Shown here: positions 57,607-64,000 of the stretch, in pieces
How positions within the stretch are numbered: position 1 is the first letter of the stretch
Layout of the letters: every line of letters begins with the position of its first letter
Source: an uncultured Acidobacteriota bacterium
GTDB lineage: Bacteria; Acidobacteriota; Vicinamibacteria; Vicinamibacterales; UBA8438
NCBI GenBank assembly: GCA_913043225.1
Contig: CAJWLU010000007.1
Coordinates: forward strand, 64,001-128,000
Direction of reading: 5' to 3'
DNA length: 64,000 bases
Translations under genes and position numbers: made by a program
Notes under the pieces: model-generated
The model's input: the letters and a program-made list of their open reading frames with translations, nothing else
Databases searched by the model: none
What the model was told of the DNA's origin: nothing

Positions 57607-58077
57607 TTAGCGGGTGTACTGCTCGATCTCGACGCCGTCGTACATCTCGTCGACGCGCAGGATCTGCTTCTGTCGATCGTAGCTGCCAAGCTCGTAGTCC
57701 TCGCTCATGATCAGCGCCTTGACCGGCTTGGTGGGGCACACCTCCGAGCACAGCCCGCAGAAGCTGCAGCGCGAAAGGTTAAAGTCAAAGAAATCGAGCA
57801 CCTTGATCTTGTGCCCGGGCTCCCGATGGCCGCCGAGGAAGATCAACTCGTCGGGACAGGCCTTCGCGCACTGGTCGCACACGATGCAAGTCTGCGCGCC
57901 AGTCTCCGGCTCCACCTGCAACCGCAGCACCCCTCTGAACCGCGGGGCCACCGGACGGCGCTCCGCCGGATACTGGAACGTAAACGCCGGCTGTGGCGTA
58001 TTGCGCAGGGTAACCAGGAGCCCCTTGATCAGGTCGACTAGAAACACCGTCCGAAACAGTTTCGTCAACGACTGCAC
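57607..58077 (-). CDS. nuoI: NADH-quinone oxidoreductase subunit I
   Basis: T.QYP.E....PRFRG, CIVCDQCAKACP, RCSFCGLCSEVCP. GTG start. Confidence 0.9.
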   Translation of the reverse strand: MQSLTKLFRTVFLVDLIKGLLVTLRNTPQPAFTFQYPAERRPVAPRFRGVLRLQVEPETGAQTCIVCDQCAKACPDELIFLGGHREPGHKIKVLDFFDFNLSRCSFCGLCSEVCPTKPVKALIMSEDYELGSYDRQKQILRVDEMYDGVEIEQYTR

Positions 58078-58079
58078 GG

Positions 58080-58616
58080 TTACCCTCTGTCCTCGACGAG
58101 AATCGGCTCGCTCTGCCCGGCCATGATCACGCGCTCCTTCCGAAGCACCGTGCTCTCTTTCCGGATCTTGTCCTGCAGACGCATCAGACCATAGAGCAAC
58201 GCCTCTGGACGAGGCGGACATCCCGACACGTAGACGTCCACCGGCACGACCTTGTCCACGCCCTGCAGCACGGAGTAGGTCGGGAACGGACCGCCCGCGT
58301 TCGAGCAGCTCCCCATGGAGATGACCCACTTCGGCTCCGGCATCTGATCGTAGAGCCGGCGAAGCACAGGGGCCATCTTCTTGGTGACGGTCCCGGCCAC
58401 GATCATCAGATCAGCTTGCCGCGGAGATGCGCGAAACACCTCGGCCCCGAACCGCGATATGTCGTACCGCGAGGTCGACGTCGCGATCATCTCGATCGCG
58501 CAGCACGCCAGGCCAAAGCCCATCGGCCAGAGAGACGATTCCCTAGCCCAGCTCAGTACCTTGTCGAGATTGGTCGTGATGAAGTTGTCTTCGAAGCGAT
58601 GGTCGATCAATCCCAT
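58080..58616 (-). CDS. nuoB: NADH-quinone oxidoreductase subunit B
   Basis: Motifs [21 protein letters not shown] and GCPPRPEAL. Confidence 0.95.
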   Translation of the reverse strand: MGLIDHRFEDNFITTNLDKVLSWARESSLWPMGFGLACCAIEMIATSTSRYDISRFGAEVFRASPRQADLMIVAGTVTKKMAPVLRRLYDQMPEPKWVISMGSCSNAGGPFPTYSVLQGVDKVVPVDVYVSGCPPRPEALLYGLMRLQDKIRKESTVLRKERVIMAGQSEPILVEDRG

Positions 58617-58631
58617 GAGACAGTCGCTCGG

Positions 58632-58895
58632 CTACTTACCCTCATACCAGTTGGCGTTGGTCTCGACAAAGCTCTGCCATTGCTCCGGCACCTCATCGTT
58701 TTCAAAGATCGCCTCGACGGGGCAAGCCGGAACGCACGCACCACAGTCGATGCACTCATCGGGATGGATATAGAGCATCGTTTCCGCTTCGAACTCTTCC
58801 TCATCCTTCCGCGGATGGATGCAATCGACCGGACAGACGTCAACACACGCCGTGTCCTTAGTGCCGACGCAGGGTTCACAAATGCAGTACGCCAT
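58632..58895 (-). CDS. Dicluster ferredoxin (7Fe/FdxA-like)
   Basis: [17 protein letters not shown] and [22 protein letters not shown]. Confidence 0.92.
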   Translation of the reverse strand: MAYCICEPCVGTKDTACVDVCPVDCIHPRKDEEEFEAETMLYIHPDECIDCGACVPACPVEAIFENDEVPEQWQSFVETNANWYEGK

Positions 58896-59021
58896 CAAAG
58901 TCCTCCGTATTCGTACCGCCGGAGCTCAGAAAGCCCAGCCGGCGACGAGCTCGTCCCTCCATGGAACGATGACCTAAACTCGCCATCCGAAGGATAACGC
59001 GCTGAGCCGGTCGGTTCAACT

Positions 59022-59375
59022 TCAAACAATCTTCATTCGGCCCGCAAACCCCTCGTCATAACCGTGATAGTGGCGAATGGCCGGTTCGGGATACTTCCAA
59101 CAGTAGTAGCCCTCGCCGTTGTCGAAGTCGACGAGCCAGAGCCCCTTCACGACGATCCCGAGCGCCTCCATCCGCGCGGTCCAGTCTTGGACGACGGTTT
59201 CGAACGCCTGCAACCGCGCGGTGCGAGCCGGATCCTGGGACGACAACCGGTCCAGATCCTCCGAGATCTGTTCCGCTTCGCCCACCGCCTCCTCGGTGAC
59301 GGCGCGGACGGCGCCCAGCAGTTGCTCGGCCTCCGCCAGGGTGAAGATCCTCGGGTGTGCAGTAGTAGCGGTCAT
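59022..59375 (-). CDS. DUF2203 family protein
   Basis: RIFTLAEA..LL and KGLWLVDF....YYCWKYPE..I.HYH...GFAGR. Confidence 0.82.
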   Translation of the reverse strand: MTATTAHPRIFTLAEAEQLLGAVRAVTEEAVGEAEQISEDLDRLSSQDPARTARLQAFETVVQDWTARMEALGIVVKGLWLVDFDNGEGYYCWKYPEPAIRHYHGYDEGFAGRMKIV

Positions 59376-59376
59376 G

Positions 59377-59539
59377 TCAGGATGTGGTGTTTTCGGACGT
59401 AGGCTCCAGCACGGTGATTCCTGCCGGTTCCGCGAACGCCCTGAGCATTGGACGGGGTGCCCGTCAACTCTAGAAAGGTGCCGTGGTGCATCGGCACGAC
59501 CTAGCGCACACCGAGCCACAGGCAGGCGAGCGCGGACAT
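59377..59539 (-). pseudogene. Collapsed relic of UPF0173-type metallo-beta-lactamase-fold hydrolase
   Basis: TAGAAT box, then MSALACLWLGVR*VVPMHHGTFLELTGTPS and frameshifted MLRAFAEPAGITVLE...*. Matches the PMHYGTF..LTGTP C-terminal motif. Confidence 0.7.
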
Positions 59540-59630
59540 CCGGCTAGCATTCTATCGAACTCGCCCCTTTTCCCGCCCAGTCCGACCCGGTTTGCGCCTG
59601 CCAGCGGCGAGACGCTAACATCGACGAACG

Positions 59631-60593
59631 ATGTCCACCGCGCCTCCTCAGTCGGGCAATGACGCCACGGTCGCGGTACCCGCGACCTTCTACCGTGGGC
59701 GGCGGGTCCGCCCCGAGCTGCCGCAGCGTGGCGGCAAACCGCGGTGGCTGAAGGTGCGCCCCCCCGGAACGCCAGGCTATCGACGACTACAGCGCCTGGT
59801 CCGCGACCAAGGGCTCCACACAGTCTGCGAAGAAGCCCAGTGCCCCAACATCGGCGAGTGCTGGGACCATGGCACCGCTACCTTCATGATTCTGGGCGGG
59901 ATCTGCACCCGTGCCTGCGGCTACTGCAACGTCGAGCATGGCCAGCCCAGCCCGCTCGACCTCGGTGAGCCAGCTCGAGTGGCGACCGCCGTCCGGACGC
60001 TCGAACTGGAGCATGTGGTCGTCACCTCGGTCGATCGGGACGATCTGGACGACGGCGGAGCGGGCGCCTTCGTTTCTACGATCCAGGCCATCCGGACCGA
60101 TGCCCCTGGGTGCCGGGTCGAGGTGCTTATTCCCGATTTCGGCGGGAACGCCCAGGCACTCGACGTCGTCCTGGCCGCCCGCCCCGATGTCCTGAACCAC
60201 AACATCGAGACGGTGCGCGGACAGTACCGCCGGGCGCGACCGGGTGGCAATTACGACCGCGCGCTCACACTCCTCGACCGGGCGCGCCGCGCGCGCACCG
60301 GCTTGACGACCAAGTCAGGCGTCATGGTCGGCCTTGGCGAAGACCGCGGCGAGCTGGTCGCGACGTTCGATGACCTGCGTGCCGCCGGATGCGAAATATT
60401 GACCATCGGGCAGTATCTCCGACCGTCAGCCGCTCACCTGCCCGTGGCCCGCTACTATCATCCAGACGAATTCGAGGAGCTCAAGCAAGCGGCAGACACG
60501 GCCGGATTCCTCCATGTCGAGTCAGGCCCGCTAGTCCGAAGTTCGTATCACGCACACGAACAGGCAGACGCGATCGACCGACGCGGCGCCTGA
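59631..60593 (+). CDS. lipA: Lipoyl synthase
   Basis: Motifs CEEAQCPNIGECW, CTRACGYC and RSSYHA. Confidence 0.96.
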   Translation: MSTAPPQSGNDATVAVPATFYRGRRVRPELPQRGGKPRWLKVRPPGTPGYRRLQRLVRDQGLHTVCEEAQCPNIGECWDHGTATFMILGGICTRACGYCNVEHGQPSPLDLGEPARVATAVRTLELEHVVVTSVDRDDLDDGGAGAFVSTIQAIRTDAPGCRVEVLIPDFGGNAQALDVVLAARPDVLNHNIETVRGQYRRARPGGNYDRALTLLDRARRARTGLTTKSGVMVGLGEDRGELVATFDDLRAAGCEILTIGQYLRPSAAHLPVARYYHPDEFEELKQAADTAGFLHVESGPLVRSSYHAHEQADAIDRRGA

Positions 60594-60639
60594 CCGTTAC
60601 ACGACCGGCGCCGGTGGGGCGAAGCCCCATAAAACCGTC

Positions 60640-61347
60640 ATGGCCCTCTCGACCGTCCGTCGGCAGATCATCGGCTGCGAAGAGTGCCCACGTCTGCGCG
60701 CCTACTGCGCCCGGATCGCGCAGGACAAGCGAGCCGCGTTCCGAAACGACGTCTACTGGGGACGTCCGGTGCCAGGCTTCGGCGACCGCCGGGCGCGTCT
60801 GTTGGTCCTCGGTCTCGCCCCGGCCGCGCACGGCGCCAACCGGACCGGCCGCCCATTCACCGGCGATCGCTCGGGTGACTTCCTGATGGCCGCGATGCAC
60901 GAAACCGGGTTCGCCAACCAGGCGCTCTGTCGAGATAAGCAAGACGGCCTCGTGCTGATCGACGCCTACCTTTCGACCGTGGTCCGGTGCGCACCCCCAG
61001 ACAACCGGCCAGCCCCCACCGAGATCGCCAACTGTCACCCGCTGCTGCAGGCCGAGACCACGGCGCTCCCCCGTCTGAAAGCGATCGTCGCGCTTGGCAA
61101 AATCGCCTACGACAGCTACTGGCGTCTGCTGGCTGAACGGGACATCACGGTGCGGCCGCGGCCCCGTTTCCATCACGGACTGGTTTGTCGTCCTCCGGGC
61201 GCCTGGCCGCTGGTCGTCTCCTATCATCCGAGCCAGCAGAACACCCACACGGGCCGGCTGACGCCGACCATGCTCGTGGACGTCTTGACCACCGCCCGGA
61301 CCCTGCTTGACGAACAGCGTCCTCATGGGGCGCGTTTGGGCCGGTAA
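60640..61347 (+). CDS. Uracil-DNA glycosylase family 5 (UdgB-like)
   Basis: Motifs C..CPRL, GLAPAAHGANRTGRPFTGD and YHPSQQN. Confidence 0.92.
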   Translation: MALSTVRRQIIGCEECPRLRAYCARIAQDKRAAFRNDVYWGRPVPGFGDRRARLLVLGLAPAAHGANRTGRPFTGDRSGDFLMAAMHETGFANQALCRDKQDGLVLIDAYLSTVVRCAPPDNRPAPTEIANCHPLLQAETTALPRLKAIVALGKIAYDSYWRLLAERDITVRPRPRFHHGLVCRPPGAWPLVVSYHPSQQNTHTGRLTPTMLVDVLTTARTLLDEQRPHGARLGR

Positions 61348-62744
61348 ACGTGGGTGCTCTGGCCGAAGAAGACCTCGGCCGACTCCATAAGCGTCTCAGA
61401 CAGGGTGGGATGTGGGTGGATACACAGCTTCAGATCGGCCGCAGTTGCGCCCATCTCGATGGCCACCACCCCTTCGGCAATCAGTTCCCCGGCGCCGGTG
61501 CCGGCAATGCCGACACCGAGAATTTCCTCTGACTTAGGGTCGACAATCAGCTTGGTCACGCCGGCGGGACGGTCCAGCGTCAGGGCCCGTCCCGACGCAG
61601 CCCACGGGAAGCGGGTCACCTGTACCTTCCGACCTTCAGCCTTGGCCTGCGTTTCGGTTAAACCGCACCAGGCGAGTTCAGGGTCGGTAAACACCACCGC
61701 CGGAATCGCTCGCGGCTCGAAAACCGACTTGTGACCGGCGATCGCCTCCACCGCGGTGCGCGCCTCGTGACTCGCCTTGTGCGCCAGCATCGGTTCACCC
61801 ACAAGGTCGCCCACGGCGAAGATCGTCGGCTCGGCGGTTCGCCGTTGGGGGTCCACCTGGACAAAGCCGCGGTCGTCAAGCTGCACTTTGGTCAGCTCCA
61901 ACCCGACGATCTGTGAATTCGGCACCCGCCCCACCGCGACCAGCACCCGGTCGAACCGCTCCTTGGTCGTCTCACCGGCCTTGGTGTGGAGTTCGACCAG
62001 GACACCGTCGCGGTCTTCGGTCAACCCGGCCACTGTCGTCTCGAGCCGGATGGCTGCAGCCAGCGAGTCGAGGCGCCGCGATACGACCGACACAAGATCA
62101 CGGTCGGCGCCGGGGAGCAAACCGCTGGTCATCTCGACGACGGTCACCGCCGACCCCAGCGAGGCGTAGACCGACCCCAGCTCAAGACCGATGTAGCCGC
62201 CGCCCACCACGAGCAGTGTTGGCGGCACCGAACGCACCTCGAGCGCCAAGGTGGAATCCCAGACATGCTCGCTATCCGATGCGAGCGGCCCCGGGGCGGC
62301 GGGACGTGACCCTGTGGCCAGGATGGCGTGCTCGAAGGTAACATCGGTCACCTCTCCGTCGACGCCAGTAACGCGAGTGGAAGTCGGCCCCAGCAACTCG
62401 GCCCGACCACGGAGATAGGTGACACCGCGCTGGGTCGACAGCTGCCCGAGACCACCTGTCAGACGTGAGACCACCTGGTCCTTCCAGGCCCGCATCCGGT
62501 CGATATCGATCGTCGGCTCGCCGAAGTCCACCCCCCAGGCCTCGGCCTCTTTCGCTTCGGTGAGCACCTTCGCAACATGGAGCAATGCCTTTGACGGCAT
62601 ACAGCCGCGATATAGACAAACGCCGCCGGGGTCCTTGGCATCGTCGATCAGTGTGACCTGCATGCCCAGGTCCGCAGCCAAAAACGCGGCCGCATATCCT
62701 CCCGGGCCGCCGCCGATCACCGTCACCTGCGTGGAAGTCGCCAT
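61323..62744 (-). CDS. lpdA: Dihydrolipoyl dehydrogenase
   Basis: Motifs GGGPGGY, GGVCLYRGCMPSK, MLAHKA and HPHPTLSE. Confidence 0.96.
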   Translation of the reverse strand: MATSTQVTVIGGGPGGYAAAFLAADLGMQVTLIDDAKDPGGVCLYRGCMPSKALLHVAKVLTEAKEAEAWGVDFGEPTIDIDRMRAWKDQVVSRLTGGLGQLSTQRGVTYLRGRAELLGPTSTRVTGVDGEVTDVTFEHAILATGSRPAAPGPLASDSEHVWDSTLALEVRSVPPTLLVVGGGYIGLELGSVYASLGSAVTVVEMTSGLLPGADRDLVSVVSRRLDSLAAAIRLETTVAGLTEDRDGVLVELHTKAGETTKERFDRVLVAVGRVPNSQIVGLELTKVQLDDRGFVQVDPQRRTAEPTIFAVGDLVGEPMLAHKASHEARTAVEAIAGHKSVFEPRAIPAVVFTDPELAWCGLTETQAKAEGRKVQVTRFPWAASGRALTLDRPAGVTKLIVDPKSEEILGVGIAGTGAGELIAEGVVAIEMGATAADLKLCIHPHPTLSETLMESAEVFFGQSTHVYRPKRAP

Positions 62745-62863
62745 CCTATGCACTGTAGCAGACCGCGCACCTTGCCTCGTCCGGCCTCATCGGACCATGA
62801 TGGGATATCGGGGGATGGACGGTACGCGCCGACCGCCGTCCCACATCCCAGGGGAGCCCTACG

Positions 62864-64000
62864 ATGCGACATACGAGCCGTCGGATACCCGGCCCGCTCG
62901 CCTCCGTCGGGGTAGCGGTCGGCGTGGTCGCCACCCTGGCCGTCTCGGCCAGCGCACGCCAGGACACGACGATGACGAGACTCTTCGCCCCGGTCGAGAT
63001 CGGGGCCGATCTCGACGCACTCCCCGACTCCGAGCGGGAGGCGCTCGCGCACATCCTCGAGGCCGCACGGGTCATGGACGGCCTCTTCCTCGAGCAGGTC
63101 TGGGCCGGAAACCCGGCCATGCTGCTCGAGCTAGCCACCGACACCAGTAACCTGGGCCAAGCCAGACTGGACTACTTCTTACTGAATAAAGGGCCCTGGT
63201 CACGGATCGAAGACAACGAGACGTTCGTGCCAGGCGCCCCCGAGAAGCCGGAGGGCGCGAACTACTACCCCGCCGGCGCTACCCGCGACGAGGTGGCACG
63301 CTGGTTCGACCAGCTCGAAGGCCCCACCCGAGACGCTGCTACCAGCTTCTTCACGACGATCCGACGAGGTGCCGGCGGCTTCGCCATCGTGCCCTACAGC
63401 GTGGAGTACGAGGGCCCTCTGGCGATCGCGGCCGAACATCTGCGGCGAGCAGGGCGAGCCACCCAGGAACCAACCCTCCGCCGCTATCTCGAAACCCGCG
63501 CGGACGCCTTCTCCTCAAACGACTACTACGACAGCGACGTAGCCTGGCTTGAACTGGACGCCGCGATCGACCTCACGATCGGGCCCTACGAGGTATACGA
63601 AGACGAGTGGTTCAACTACAAGGCGGCATTCGAGGCATTCGTCACCCTGCGCGATGACGAGGAAACGGCCAAGCTGGCCCGGTTCGGCGCGCTGCTGCAG
63701 GACCTTGAGGACGCGCTGCCGATCGACCCTGCGTTCCGGAACCCGGCACTCGGTGCGCTCGCTCCGATCCGGGTGGTCAACGTCTTGTTCACCGCCGGCG
63801 ACGCCAACAGCGGCGTGCAGACTGCGGCCTTCAACCTGCCGAACGATGAGCGGGTCATTCGCGACAAGGGCGCCAAACGAGTGATGCTGAAGAACGTCCA
63901 GGAGGCGAAATTCCAGCAGGTACTCGCCCCCCTCTCGGAGGAAGCGCTGTCGCCCGTCGAGCTCCGCGACGTCACCTTCGAGGCGTTCTTCACCCACATC
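62864..64000 (+). CDS. Peptidase M49 (dipeptidyl-peptidase III-like), 3' end outside window
   Basis: Absent from the ORF track because it has no stop. Read by hand: FAPVEIGADL, NKGPWSR, TIGPYEVYED, QTAAFNLPNDE, KRVMLKNVQEAKF, ends FFTHI. Confidence 0.88.
   Translation, partial: MRHTSRRIPGPLASVGVAVGVVATLAVSASARQDTTMTRLFAPVEIGADLDALPDSEREALAHILEAARVMDGLFLEQVWAGNPAMLLELATDTSNLGQARLDYFLLNKGPWSRIEDNETFVPGAPEKPEGANYYPAGATRDEVARWFDQLEGPTRDAATSFFTTIRRGAGGFAIVPYSVEYEGPLAIAAEHLRRAGRATQEPTLRRYLETRADAFSSNDYYDSDVAWLELDAAIDLTIGPYEVYEDEWFNYKAAFEAFVTLRDDEETAKLARFGALLQDLEDALPIDPAFRNPALGALAPIRVVNVLFTAGDANSGVQTAAFNLPNDERVIRDKGAKRVMLKNVQEAKFQQVLAPLSEEALSPVELRDVTFEAFFTHI

Noticed and set aside
49995..59539. Stop-codon recoding (TGA=Trp/Sec or TAG=Gln) to explain in-frame stops
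   Set aside because: Intact genes end normally in TGA and TAG, and the relics also carry frameshifts and truncations.
59376..59545. Structured ncRNA or riboswitch (6S-like or FMN-like) suggested by GGATGT/ACATCC, CCTGCC/GGCAGG and internal hairpins
   Set aside because: Short stems are expected at this GC content, no family consensus is complete, and the region translates into a hydrolase C-terminus.
1..64000. CRISPR arrays, tRNA/rRNA, IS elements, prophage or defence systems
   Set aside because: No repeat-spacer arrays, cloverleaf or rRNA signatures, transposase/integrase motifs or obvious compositional island were seen by eye.

Overview
A GC-rich, gene-dense bacterial chromosomal segment with about 58 intact CDS. 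The gene families (PQQ-type propellers, CHRD plus cytochrome c, DUF4159, DUF3014, peptidase/PD40/Omp85 fusion) suggest Acidobacteriota, probably Vicinamibacterales; this taxonomy is inference only. I saw no rRNA, tRNA, CRISPR array, prophage or IS element. Core genes include dut, nadE, metF, lipA, lpdA, nuoB and nuoI. The most notable candidate systems are: (1) an amino-sugar surface-glycosylation cluster with a possible non-contiguous operon layout; (2) a PptH-like hydrolase plus Sfp-type PPTase 'eraser/writer' pair with no carrier protein nearby; (3) an OPT transporter translationally coupled to a stand-alone PqqD/RRE protein; (4) a separately terminated ferredoxin-nuoB-nuoI mini-operon; (5) a zincin/beta-propeller/Omp85 fusion; and (6) a secreted mono-heme propeller protein. 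Reading the spacers by hand shows that many 'intergenic' regions are collapsed gene relics (SAM methyltransferase, LigD, DUF72, zf-HC2 anti-sigma, UPF0173 hydrolase and others), often with both gene ends fused by internal deletion. Many genes have a -10 box only 6-14 nt before the start codon, suggesting leaderless or short-leader transcription. All family calls come from motif recognition by eye; no searches were run.
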